Assembly (NCBI GenBank): GCA_002633005.1
Contig: NMRA01000081.1
Span: forward strand, 946,353-1,010,352
DNA length: 64,000 bases
From: Phoronis australis
Lineage: Eukaryota; Animalia; Phoronida
Direction: 5' to 3'
Below, one piece after another: positions 39,800 to 53,100 of this stretch; position 1 is the stretch's first letter; every line of letters begins with the position of its first letter. Below the pieces are notes generated by a model. That model saw only the letters and a list, made by a program, of their open reading frames with translations. It did no database searches and was not told the DNA's origin. A program made the translations under genes and the position numbers.

Positions 39800-39985
39800 G
39801 GGTCTGAAGAATGATCATATTGTAGCTGGTTACATATACAACGGTCTAAAGGCTGATCATATTGTAGCTGGTTACTGTTGTATATACAACGGTCTAAAGT
39901 AGCTGATTACAGTCACATATAGAATGGTCTAAAGGCTGATCATATTGTAGCTGATTACTGTCACAAATACAACAGGGTCTCAAGG
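39800..39985. repeat. Degenerate ~40-bp tandem repeat overlapping the ODC stop codon and 3'UTR
   Basis: Recurring GGTCTAAAGGCTGATCATATTGTAGCTG(G/A)TTAC...TACAAC. Confidence 0.7.
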
Positions 39986-42900
39986 TTGGTCGTGCTATTG
40001 CAGTTGACGTTGGGTGGCGGAGATACCCTCATCTGGATTGGGAAGGTGATGGGCTCACTGATGAATGGTGTCGGTGACTTGGCTGCAGGGCTCCTCATGT
40101 GTCTGGTAATGGCACTGTAAGAAGAAAATGGGCCTTGATTACAACCGGGGAATGGAAGATGTGGATGAATAGGGTGGCAAAAATTATGCCGGGGTACATA
40201 TTAAACTACATAAAGGTGAAACATCTATAAAGAACTTTGATTTTAGTGTACTGAAACTGATTTTCTTGTGACTGGTAGTTAGGAATATATACGAAAAAGT
40301 AAACATGTTATATGGCGTGCTTTTTTGTTTCAAGGTCTCAAGCTGTGATTAAATTTGACTAAGTATTTAAAAACGTATCTAAAATATCAAAAAATGTGTC
40401 GTCTGAAAGCTGACTTAACAAAATACCTCGACCAGTCAAGGTAACTGTAAAACCACCAACAAATACTATCCTGCGATTTAAACTCGAGAAAAACAAAAAG
40501 CCGCATAAAGATGGCACCCTTTTATCAAGGGTATGTAAGTACATACATAGTTACAATAGGAATAGGACAATATATATTGTCAGACTTGCACAACCCTTGG
40601 TGATGTAACACATTACCACCTTAATGCAAAATATGGTCAGACTTGAAATGAAGAAAATAATCATGACTTAATTTGGCATAAAAGTAATGGCCAAAAAAAA
40701 CAAAACTGCCACTAGGAGGTGCCACAGTAGTCGAAATCGTTGGAAAATCATCGTCAACTGTCCTCTTCATGGTAAGCACATACATGCCAATTTTCACAAT
40801 CATCCTTTAAGCGGTTTGGTTGATAGAGGGGTAGACGCAAAAAAAAGACTCGAAAACAGTAAAAATGGCCACTAGGTGGCGCAAACTATGTCGAATCCAT
40901 CTGAAAACAGGAGGATAGCGTCATCTCACTAATAGGTGCCTACATACCAAATTTCATGAAAATCCGTTAAGGATTTTGAAGATAGAAAGGTAAGCGTAAA
41001 AAACTAAAATTGCCACTAGGGGGCACACCGGTAGTCAAATCCGTTCGAAAGTTTGGTCATGCCGTCCCATCCGTGAAAGGTACACGTGCAAAATTTCATG
41101 AACACACCTCAATCGGTTTTGGAGATAGAGCAGCGGACGCCGGACAGACGGAGATGACGGCATAATGCGTCCACATATAAATATGTGGGCACATAAAAAT
41201 GCAACGTTCAAAGACAACCAGAGTAAAGAATGCCATGAAGTGGAATTAAAGGGCAATACACCAGCGTATCATGTCAAAAACCATGAGTTTCTAGGCTTGT
41301 AAAGAATTGGCAGATTGTAATAACTTCTAACCATGCCCATTAAGTTGCTTGTTAAGGCAGGTTACTTTTAGTTGCCAATGCAGCATGGCCACCATGATAA
41401 TCTTGAACGTATTGCAACTAATTTCAATTTAAGGATAAGAATGCGAAGGTGTTGCTTTGCAAGAGCAAATACACCATTTTATCTGCTTTGAAGGTTACCT
41501 GCAAATGCAGGGTTGAGGGGGGAAACTGGATCCGCTAATATTGAAAGCAAGAAAGAGATAGACCCACCAATAGTATTGGGGCACGACGTAGGTGCACTGG
41601 GGCCGCGGCATGCCGTTGAAGGTACAGCCAGCTGACAGAGTGTATGCGCCCATGTTGTGGAAGGTGATCCAGGAGCCAATTGCCAGTGCTGGCAGGTAGC
41701 AGCTCTTGGAGATCACGTCCAAACCATCACACGTTGGACCCCAGATGCTGCTCGGGTACAGCTGATGATCAGGGCCAAACTAAAAGACAAAAAGCGAAAC
41801 ACAAATTAATGAAACCAATAGTAGTATAGAAAGTCATCTTCTACAAACTGTAAATGACTCCGACGGTATTTCCCCCCACAGCTTACGCTAGATATGGGTC
41901 AAATCATGTGTTGAGTAAAGAAAGGAAACACACTACCCGGAGGAACCTGTGAATCAGTAATAAGTTATGAACTCTAACATTAATACAACAGCGCATTAAA
42001 GTCTCAGACAAACAACCCAATGTACGTTGGTCAAAGCTACATCCCGCTGAACATCAATCACATTGTCTCAAACAGTAATAATCACACAAGAGCAACACAG
42101 TGTTGAAATGTACCCATGACAGCACAACAAACAGTATGCTGCAAGGAGTGTTTTTTAGTATCACAAAAATGACAATTAGATGGCGCAGAATGCATTGAAC
42201 AGTTCAAAAATGGAAAGGCATTATTTTCTCGAATTACATGGAACTCGAAAGATAAATAGGCAAATCTTTTTGCCAAATTTCCTGAAAATCCATTATAGAA
42301 CTCCGAAGACAAAGAGGAAAACCTAAAAATTAAAATTGTCCCTAAGGGGCAGATCAGACTGAAATTGGTTGCCATGAGTCGTTAGCTTCATAGGAAGACA
42401 TCTACCAAATCTCATTACGATCTTGCAAGAGATTTAGGAGGTAAAGCAGCACACCCCCAGACAAAGATGATGACAACTGTAGCTACACATGTATAATAGC
42501 ATGCATAAAACAATTATCAAAGACTGTAAAAACAACAGGCACATAACGTGCCCTTGACTCTACCTCAGATGCCAGTGGCTCCACCTCCGCATGGTCGTAC
42601 AGAAGACAGTTGAATGAGCCATACACGCCATCATTGACATAGTACATGTACTGTGAAGCGGTGTTAATTGACAGCTTGTTGGCAGACTTGTCACCTGCAC
42701 GTGAAATGTATAAAACATTTAAGGAACACTTGAACTCAAAAATGGCGTTCTTTCAAGCGAATGACAATGACGTCGTTGTCAACACCCACCACTATGCCCG
42801 CTACTTGTTTCCTCATCCTAACTATCAGATCATAATTGTTTTTGCCAAGCCGTTAATAAGCAAACAAAAAACAACAGGCCTCACCACATTCACCACTGTT

Positions 42901-45900
42901 GTTCTCTATGTTACGCTTGGCAATGACGTTGACCACGAGTGAGAATGCAGATGCAGCGAAGTAGCGGCCAGGCTCGGCAATGATGTGAACACCAGTCTCC
43001 TCAGGGAAGAAAGTCTCCAGAGCAGGCCTCAGTTCTCCACATATCTGGTGGACAAACAGCAGACACATCAAGCAGTGGCTGGTCACAGTGTGCACTGGGC
43101 ATGCTCTCAAGCAATAAATGTCAGGTCTTATCAAACTCTAAAATCCCTTCTAATCTGGGTAAAAACAAATCTGAGATCAGTTTTGGAGCAGTAATTACTC
43201 AAAATCGCAAGTGACAAAAAGCAGGTTTCTGGCAGCTTTAATAAGTCATTACCTCCTCAAAGGTGATCTTCTCCCCATGGTGGCCAGGGAAACCACCTCC
43301 AATGTCAAGCAGGTTGAAGTCATAGCCAACCTCCTTGCCGATGTCAAAGGCACTGTGGGCCAGGCTAACAGCCGTGGAGAAGGCCGTGGCATCATAGCAA
43401 CCACTGCCCACATGGAAGCTGTAAGAGCACAAACAATTGGTATTCCGGTAGGCTGAGATACAAAGGATATTTAAAGAGCAGACTTCATCACCCACGGCGA
43501 CAAGCACTGGAGCAGCATATTTCTACAACTGAAAGCTGAATTGTGGTATTTTTCTTTACGCATTAGTCTATGTCAAGACTTTTATGCACTTAACACTTGC
43601 ATTGTCTCAAGGCAAGTGACATTTACCTTTGAGTGACTTACCAGCCATGAACCCAGTCCACTCACCTGACTCCCACCACGTTCAACTCCAGTCGGCGTGC
43701 CCTCTCCAGCAGACCTCGCACGTCAGTCAAATGGCAGCCAAACTTGTTGCCCAGCTGACACTGCACCTTCTGGTTCTCTGGTGGTAGAATGCGAATGACT
43801 AGCCTGTAGAAGACAAACAGAAAGTGAAACTAACTTTATCAAATGAGCTTAATTGTCTCATAAACTTGATTGACATTTAAAACGCAGAAGTTTGATTGGC
43901 ACACAAAAGGCGGAGCTCATCAGTCCTTCCAGCTCTGACTGGCAAACAAAAGGCGGAGCTCAGCAGGTCTTCCAGCTCTGACTGGCAAACAAAAGGCGGA
44001 GCTCAGCGCAGCAGCTCCTGCAACTTTGATTGGCACACGAACTGTCGACGTGTTCAACCAGCGCAATCTAATTCTGGTCCATACTTACTTGGCATCTGGA
44101 AAGAGGTCTTTGATTTTGTACAGTTCCGTCTCATTGTCGAATGTCATCATCTGGACATCAGACTGCTGTGCATACTTGATGTGTGACCGCTGCTTGCATG
44201 GGTTAGCATAGATGATGCTATCAGGGTTGACACCTAGGTCCAGCATGCACTTTATCTCTGCCTGAAATTACAGGGGGCTGGTGATAAGAAAGGCATACTC
44301 AAATACAGGACAACATTTTCAGCAAAAACATAAATCGTGAGATGCTTTACACACGCTTGCACTCATGAAGACTGTCATTGTTACAAGTGAAAGACCTCAA
44401 TACCTCAATACAACAGCAGTCACCATTTAGACACACAATACATCAACAACATAGCAACGACCAATTAAACACACCATACCCACCCCACCTACTGACCTGC
44501 ATCGACTCTGTTGTGCAACATGTCACACTGTACTTGTTCAGATTCAGATACTTAACTTAAGGTTTAAAAACTGGCTAGCCTTTGCAAACCTGACACTTTA
44601 GTTTTCTGCAGTGTGTGGTTTTATCACAGGTTAAAATGGTCAATGAACAATGAATTTGTTTTATTTTTCAAGAAGTGTAGCTTTTCAGTCATTTCCTGAG
44701 GCACTCCATATTCTGATACCCCGTCTACTAATAACTGAGGTAAAGCCAGTATTCAAAACCACGCTACTCCTTCAAGTCCTAACATTGTTACCCACTTTCT
44801 AACTCGTGCGACAAATCGTTGACGTTCTACTTGGTTTTCTTTTCAACTCCCGCAAATGTGACACGCTCATTCAAGGTTTCACAGCATGAGACATGTGCAG
44901 TCTTATTACTTTAGAAAATATCAACTGCTCAATGTTCAGCAGTGATTATCTAAAATATGACCCATATTTAGTGCTGCAAAAATTTGCCTTGTTTTGGTTG
45001 GTGGTATTCGTGTCGAGGAATTTGCAAATGGCATCATATTAAGTGACAATGTATGACAAATGGAATGCAAATGACAGCCAGACAACCCATCCGCTGTCTG
45101 CGCCATGGTTGAGCTAGTTTGTGCACACAGCCATTCAGATAAGTTTGATTTCATTTCACACAGTTTGCTTTTGAATTTTACCGCAGTTGCTTGGTATTAC
45201 TGCCAAAATGAGTGATGAATCCAATCTGAAGTTGCACTATGTCTACTACCACATATTAGTTAAACGTGAGTGATTATTATCTGGAATGAACAAAAAATTC
45301 CGCTCAATGTCTCTGAAAATGGCGTTGATATTCGGAACATTAAACACCGCAACTCGGAAGGAATATTACAGTTTCAAGAGAATTCGTCAATATCCAGATC
45401 CAGTTCATTGCAATATTTTTGGTAACAAATAGAAAGATGAAATTTTAATTGTTACACATGAATAACATGTTCATTACTTCAGGTTTCCGTCGACTGAGGT
45501 TCTATTTCAAATCTATCTAAACATGTGTATGTTTAATCATTCACCATAGAAGAAAAAGACTGTTATCAAATAATCTTTAGTGTTTAGACATCCATGTCTT
45601 AACGAGATTACTTGTATTTTAAGGTTATCTAAGACCTTAATAAACGACATCAACTCTAAGTAAAAAACGCTGTCAGGAATTTTTGATTAATCACTTAGTT
45701 CGGATTTTATGTCAAATTAACTCGCAAAAAGGGCATTTTTGTAAAAAAGCAGTGGTCATATTCATATATTGCTCGAAAACTAGACATTTAAAAAAAATCC
45801 TATTAAAACAGCATTTTTGAGACATAACATAAAATTTTCATTTAAAAAAGTTTTAGTAATATCGGGGTGGGGGTTATTTTGCTACAAATGTACCTTTTTG

Positions 45901-48900
45901 CACATGAAAATTTGACTTAAAAATCGTGGTTACGTGACAATAATAAAGACACGGTGGTAAGAAGAATATTTTTAGAATCCGCTATCTTTCTCCTTTCAGA
46001 AAATATATATTTTCAATTGATGACAAAGCATAGTTTTTCGATATTTGACTGATGAGTCGAGGTTGTTCATTAAGGTGCTAAGGCCCTTTCATACTGACTT
46101 AACTCCGGTCCGAGTGAAGCGTCAACGTCTGTGGAGAATGTAAGGACTACACACGCTGAGTGTAGACATAACTTAACCCTGCCTCCTAATGATGGACTTT
46201 CATGACTAGTTAAATAAACTGGTTTGCTGTAATGTAACTTCTTCAAAGGAACAAGGGTAACTTGTTTAGAAAATTGTATTTTTATAGTTTCAGAGGTTCA
46301 GAGGACAAGGTCTAGCTGAGATTGTATAAAAACTAGTGTGGTTATTCTTAAAGCCTAACTTCAATGGAATTTTGTTACTTTAGATGTGTTAGGCTTACAG
46401 ATAGTCCTAGCAAAGTCTTAGTAAAATAAGAAAATGCGAGTTCAATCACGCAAGTGTAAGCCCGTCAAATGATAAGTGAAGCTGCCTTTTCGTGCCTTGT
46501 TGCGTCACAGCGAGATCCCAGCAAACAACAAAAGGTTATATTGAATAAGGGTCTGAATAGAACACCATTGCGTGTGGGTGTTACTCACAGCTGTTTGAAT
46601 TAAACAATGATTCTTGTGGTAACGTAGACAAAAGGGAGCCAATACGCCTAACAGTTGTTACATTTGGCAATTTATGGCACTAGTGGGCTCAGAGCGATGC
46701 TCTTAACATACTGTAGGAACCAAATTTACATGTGTTACCATTGAAGACAGGCTTTAATTTGGGTAATAAAGTTATATAATAGAGGCTTTAAACTGTTACC
46801 TAAACTACAATAGTAATATGACACAGATATACATCATCTTTAAGGCCCATGGCCTCAGAATAGTTATACAACACACTAGAGAATGGACTGATGACATAAA
46901 TACAAACTATTCTTGATTCATTTTTGAAAATGTATCCTTGAAATGCTTAAGATGCACTACTGCTCATATACATTTACTGGAATGTGATGCACTTTATAGC
47001 TAACAACTATGAAGTTTCAAGCAAAAATTAGCCAAGTGTGAAAGTGCGGTGCTCATCTACTCCAACTTTTGACTTCGTATTATGTTATTTATACTGTGGC
47101 AATGACTGATTTATGTAAAAGTTTGGAAAATCCCATGAGGTGGGAATGGGAAAACATTGACTATAGAATACATTAGTTTATGGAATTCAGGCCAGGTGCT
47201 TGGTGGCCTATTTAATCCATTAATGACACCGCATTATGTCATAAAACTATGTACCTAATGATTGTTAGCAGCCTAGCCAGCTGGCTCTCTATTGTGTTGG
47301 CAGGGAATGGGGTAATTGAAACAAACTTGAGCTTGAATTTTCACCTATACAAGGTCTGCCATGGGTCAAAGGGGTCAACCTCTAGTTTGCAGCCTGCTAA
47401 TGTACCATGTAACAAGTACTGTTATCAGAGTTTGAATTGTTTGTTTTCAACCCATTATCATGGTTTGAATTGTTCCTTTTAAACCCACGAAAAGTTTCAT
47501 TCTTGGGTTTCCTTACAAATTTCAAAAGTTAGAAACAAACATATGAGTGTGAGACTAAACTTTTGAGTTATGACCCAGGTTATGACCATTTTATTAGTTA
47601 GGGATGAGAAACAGCAGCTGGTCGCATGTGTGGTGAAGACACAATGAACAGTGTAAACAACAGTATGTGCACCAACTACAACAAACAAACACATTACATA
47701 CTTAGATCTTCACAACAAGTATTATGTAACTTTATAGGGCACCTTTTGCTCAAACAAGTGTTTGCTAAACTTATGAAAAGAGAGCATGTTATTTGAATAT
47801 ATCAGATTGCGCTTCAGTCTACTTGTTGGCTTCAGAACGTGTCTAAGCAAAACTTAAGTTTGTTTAGCTTGATGTTGCAGTTGTGAAGCAAATCAGGGGT
47901 GAAGGTAAAGCTATGTATATGAATATAACGGTGCATGATCTTAGGCACTTCACTAAAAGTAAGTCAATTCTCCATACTAGCATCACTCTTCTGAAAATAA
48001 TTTCAGATCTTGTTTTAATTGTGCAGTCACGAAAAAATCTTTCGAAATTTAACAACCATCAAGAGTTGTATAACCAAGATGAGGAGCCAAACTATTTTAG
48101 GTGGTCTCAGTTAACATAAATTATACCACAATGTTAGCCTCGAACAGCAGATACAACCATGTAATAACCCACAAAGTTATCTCACTAGTGACATAACATC
48201 TTGGCGGGAAACCGAGGCCGGATTCGAACCCGGGCCTCAAGCGTTTCGAGTCGCCTACTTTACGACTACACCACTCAGCGGCTGACGACATCGAACGTGA
48301 AAATAGAATACTTAATTGAGCACGCGCAACAATCGCATGTTCAGCAAAGGGCATTGCACCTACATTTATGAAAAATAAAACGCACAATTTCCATAAAAAC
48401 GATATTTTAATTCAGTGAAATTTTTCTCTCGTGTTCTCGCACTTGTAAATCACCGATCTCCAATTTGAATGCGGGTATCGTGTCGTCGGGATCCTTTGAC
48501 TTGAGCATTATTAATACTCAGTTACTATGGGTAACCTACTTTAGCAGACGATATTTTCCCGGTCGAAGCTTAGCGTGATAAAATGTGTAGCAAACTATAA
48601 TAGTTGCTAAACCTTAGTTTATAGAATCACTTCATTTCTATTTTGTGTAAATTTTCAATTGGTTTTGAGTATAAGCATTATTTGACAAAAATAGCTCGGC
48701 TTTTCTTAAAAGGTCACAACCTCAGACCCCGGGCCTCTGACACAGAAAGTAGTTACAAAGCCAAGGCGAGTCGAGAAAGGTAGATCGATTCATTGCAATG
48801 TTTCTCGTTCAGTATGTGGTATAAATAGATTATTACATGTTCTCAGTCTCAACTAATTTATCATGCAACAACCTGCTGATTTTAATAAGAAGAAACATGT

Positions 48901-51900
48901 GGAAATGTCAATAAACTAGGCCTGTAGTGCCCGATTACAGCACCAATAAGCACAAGCAGAGTTTTCAATCATGGCCACCGTAATTTGCATAACCTGTGAA
49001 AATTCTCAATGCAACTACCTTCAAAGTACCTCCATTCAATTCACTGACCATTGAAACATAAGTGCTTGGCAAGGAAGATTAAGCAAAAATATAACATTTG
49101 ACTTAATGGCAGCTTTAATTAGCATTTAAAAAAATGCTCACGGATGCCATAATTACAACCCAGCTAAAATGCTTCAGAGGAGATACATGAAACAAACAAA
49201 AAACCTTATACTACCAAACATTTCTAGGCACCCATTTCTGGCTACTGCACCAAAACTTTACTTTCCCCATAAACTATAAAGCTAATTTGCTTTCATTTTT
49301 GGTGCTAACATACTCAATTCCCTGCACGTGTTCAGACATCAAGTAGTACTGTGGCCCGCATTACTTATCGCTCACCTTCCACCTGTCAGACATACTCCAA
49401 ATAATACACGACAAAGTGCATTAGAAATTGGCAAATCAAAAGCCATCGATTCTGTTAGATCGTCATTTGCCCAAAAGCAGATAAACTTTACAGAAAATTT
49501 CGTATTTTTCTGCCACAATGAACTCACCTTGCTAGCACAGTCAAATCCAGTGCCCAGGTTGACAAGAGTCTGTAGAAGGTAGGGGTCTTCATTACACTTG
49601 ACAGCTAAAAGGAAGAAAATGAAAGGCCACTACAGAAGACTTCCACATAACTTACTCACTCCTCATCTAAATGTATGGTATATGGCCATTACAAATATTT
49701 CTCGGGATAGCGACCACACAATGGTATTGCTAATGAAAATCTTGGCTTATTGTTGGACCCACAGTTAAAATGTTTACAGTTTTCTCAGTATGAGCAGTGT
49801 AAGCAAGTGTCTAAAACAAAGCTATATCAGAAACAGGACCCAACTTAAACTTCACTAACGATACCAATGGTACCATAACACCTTTTAACTACCCAAATTG
49901 GTCCTCAGCCGATGCTTTAGTCACTGGCAAATTTCCAGTCATAGGTCCCCATGTCCAAAGTATGCCCGAGCATGTATTTGGAAGCACTGGAAAGTCAATA
50001 ATGTGTCCACATATAAATATGTGGGCGCATAAAAGGTACACCATCTTCCTAATATACGTCTCAGGGTTAACAATCAGAAATTTCTGGCAGGTCATATGTC
50101 TAGCTAAGCCCGTATACTAAAGCCATCACAAGAGCTGTGACAGTGTTTGCCAAATAGTATGTTTGACAGACCAAACATAAAGGTATAAGATTTCAAATCG
50201 GCATTTTCACTGACTCCCTATCAAGCAGTGAGAATAGTCGCAACATAAGGATTGTAGTAATGGATCCACTGATACTAATCCTAGTTTCACAGCCTTACTA
50301 CCAATATAAACAGATTTCATTTTGCCGAAATAGCCTCTGAAACAAGAGGTCCAAAAACTAACTTGATGCAAAAATTCTATCTTAAAAACTCCAAGAGATC
50401 TATACAACTAATAATGGGTATCAGATGTTATTGAACCTGTGAACTATTTTCACACGAGACACAATCCAGGTTAAAGATAATGCTGTTCTCCACTAGGTTT
50501 ATCATTATTTCTACATTTACAGTCTCTTCACAAAGTAACAGACTACAGTTACTGCTGTCCACAACCAGCATGGATGCGTTCCTATCGACCCAGGTGAACC
50601 AAACTCCCTTTAAAAGGGTTTAACAAGAGGCACCTGATCTAATCTAACTATTGCCAGGCACACAAGCCCAACTCACCATAGAAGGGTTTGACATGAAGTA
50701 CCTGGCCTAATCTTACTACTGTCCAGGTATGCAAGCCCAACGCACCATAGAAAGGTTTGACACAAGGTACCTAACCTAATCTAATTACTGCCCAGGCACG
50801 CAAGCCCAACACACCATAGATGGGTTTGACATGAGGTACCTGACCTAATCTTACTACTGCCCAGGTATGCAAGCCCAACTCACCATAGAAAGATTTGACA
50901 TGAGGTACCTAACTTAATCTTATTACTGCCCAGGCACACATTCCCAACTCACCATAGAAGGGTTTAACACGAGGCAGTTGATCACACCAACGCTTGTACT
51001 TATCCACCACATCACCCAGATTGGCCACAAAGAATGCTTCCTCCACCATCTGTAATATAAAAACACGACACCGTTACAATTTCGTCAAATTTTTGAAAAT
51101 AAAAGTCTGGGATATAATATAAGTAAAAAACATACACTTTGCCCTTCTGAGTGACACAGACCTGAGGCACACGGATGGCAGTTCTTAAGGTAAATAGTGA
51201 TTAGCAAACATTCAAAATCAAGCCAAACCAGCAAGTCCACGATGTTAGATTCTCTTGGGAGAGTAACCATTAATTTGGTCTCAATACATGACAAGTGTAT
51301 AATACACATCACTGTGAAAGACCAGATTCATTTATTAATAACTTGATAAGTTCATCTTTTCAGTTTCAGATAAATAATACAGACATTCATTTGCCTTCAG
51401 TTATCTCAGATGATATTGTACAGAAAAACAATTTAATTTTTGTACAACTATTCATTTGCCGTTTAACTCTTTGGTAAAGGCCCTCACTTAGAAAACATGA
51501 TTTTATCTCCCTTTATTTTGGAAAAAGGTTATTTTAAGTTCATGTTCAGCTTCTTGGTAGAAGCCAACACTTGGCTGTGTATAATGCATTGTTTTATCTC
51601 AATTTATTTCGGCAAAAAGGCATTAAGGTTGCAGACTAAACAAATATCCTCCTCCATATTGGGAGAGTGAGAGGCACACACTGTGTACTTACATCATAGA
51701 TAAGCCAAGCCTAAGTTGACCTGAACTATGGTACTGAGCAGTCATAAGTATCAGATAAGGAGCATGTGACAATCACAAGATGGTCTCAAGTAAACTTGGT
51801 GCAGTACTGTTACACAACGATAATCTCAGACATAATCATACCATACGATCTGACAAAGCAGAAAAGGCCACCCATTTGTGCCATGACTTAGCATATTATT

Positions 51901-53100
51901 TTCATCTCTCACCGCCATAAATGTTTTCTTGATTTAATAACTACTAATTTGTTTTAACAATACATTTATAACAATATATACATATATATATATATATACA
52001 AGAACAATGACTTTTACGCCATTGTTTTTGTTTTATGTATCATACTCGGTAGCGTTTATACTTTTACATTAATTTGTATGGATGACTGAAGACCAGTTGA
52101 AGTACAGCAACCGTTATAACATGAAAGTTTTGTAAGTTGTTTTATATACTCATGTGTTTGTGTTTGTGAAGCCACTCACACTCAGTGACCTACTCTTTCA
52201 ACTATCACCTGATGAAAGATGCGTTTGTAGAAGATATGAAAGTTCGATGAACAAACTAGGCCACCAGTCTTTTGAAACCATACATTTATAACTATACAAT
52301 GACACTCATGGTCAATACATACATGTATGCATGTGCTACAAAGATAAAACAATTAGCAATCTAAGTATCAAAGTCGGAAAATAATTCCTAAATTGCTTTC
52401 AAAGTTCATGTTGACTTCCCAGCTTTTACACACTAATAGTTTGCCTAGAATCCTTAGCTTTGATTCAAAACTGTTCCATTTATTTCATGAAATCAGTGAA
52501 TTTGCCACCACAGCAGTTAGCACACATCAAACACGTGCTTAAATTACAACAGGAAGTAAACAGACAGAAGTCGGGATTGTTTGGTAAAGATTGGTGTAAT
52601 TCACGCTACCAGTCCATGCGGTAGTCTGCATTGTGGTCCTTCGCTGGCGAGAGGGATTGAGCTGAACGTGCATTTACGGGGAGAAAATGGAGGGAACGCA
52701 CACCAGAGTGGATTGCAGAACAACTTTTTTGGTCGATGACAATTACGCCGAATCGGCAACCTTGAATTTCATTTCAGTTTTGGTGACCTGTGATTTTTGC
52801 CAGGTTGCCAAAAGCATAAAGGTCATAAGTGCAGTCTTAGCTAAGATTTTCGTAACTTCTAATTTACACACACTTCTTTAACTTCCCTCACAAAGGTGCA
52901 CTTAAATGCGAACATGTAAGATTACCAACATTAGGTCAGTTGCACTTACAATAACATGTGTTCGACGTTTGATAAAACAGCTCCGCAGGTTTCCTTACCT
53001 CAGTGCGGTACTGGTCAATTTTCTCATTAATGACATCACTCACACTCTGGCCAGTAGCCAGAGTTTCTATTGGGCAATTTGGGTTCATGTCTGGTCTCAT
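39961..53100 (-). CDS. ODC1: Ornithine decarboxylase (about 469 aa, 10 coding exons)
   Basis: Minus-strand exons 53100-52999, 51049-50953, 49604-49528, 44261-44089, 43803-43666, 43418-43253, 43044-42885, 42694-42564, 41779-41568 and 40114-39961, all phase-compatible. Motifs: PFYAVKCN (PLP lysine), [65 protein letters not shown] (catalytic Cys) and NMGAYT. The intact motifs favour an active ODC over an antizyme inhibitor. Confidence 0.95.
40560..41198. mobile_element. Dispersed repeat with ~150-bp subunits and a terminal hairpin, in the last ODC intron
   Basis: Three to four subunits with GCCACTAGG-x-GG and AAATTTCATGAA; terminal GTCCACATA-TAAA-TATGTGGGC hairpin, also seen at ~50005. Confidence 0.6.
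43892..44040. repeat. ~42-bp tandem repeat, about 3 copies, intronic
   Basis: TGACTGGCAAACAAAAGGCGGAGCTCAGCAGGTCTTCCAGCTC repeated. Confidence 0.8.
45622..46087. mobile_element. AT-rich MITE with diverged TIRs (Kolobok-like ends)
   Basis: AGGTTATCTAAGACCTTAATAAACGACATCAACTC pairs imperfectly with GAGTCGAGGTTGTTCATTAAGGTGCTAAGGCCCT. Confidence 0.5.
46352..46753. mobile_element. Kolobok-like TTAA MITE (copy 2)
   Basis: TTAA|AGCCTAACTTCAATGGAA ... TTACCATTGAAGACAGGCT|TTAA; homologous to 26856-27374. Confidence 0.8.
48209..48283 (-). pseudogene. tRNA-derived sequence (SINE head or tRNA pseudogene)
   Basis: Minus strand GCCGCTGAGTGGTGTAGTCGTAAAGTAGGCGACTCGAAACGCTTGAGGCCCGGGTTCGAATCCGGCCTCGGTTT has an A-box-like element and a B box GGTTCGAATCC with T-stem, but a poor acceptor stem. 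Confidence 0.6.
50612..50976. repeat. 69-bp tandem repeat (about 5.3 units) built from the ODC exon end and its splice donor
   Basis: ACCATAG recurs at 50675, 50744, 50813, 50882 and 50951. Confidence 0.9.

Noticed and set aside
48209-48283. Functional tRNA gene
   Set aside because: Acceptor and D stems pair poorly; better explained as a SINE head or pseudogene. tRNAscan-SE would decide.
39961-53100. Antizyme inhibitor rather than ODC, given the uCC
   Set aside because: PFYAVKC, FDCAS, HVGSG, EPGRY and WGPTCDG motifs are all intact, which favours an active decarboxylase.
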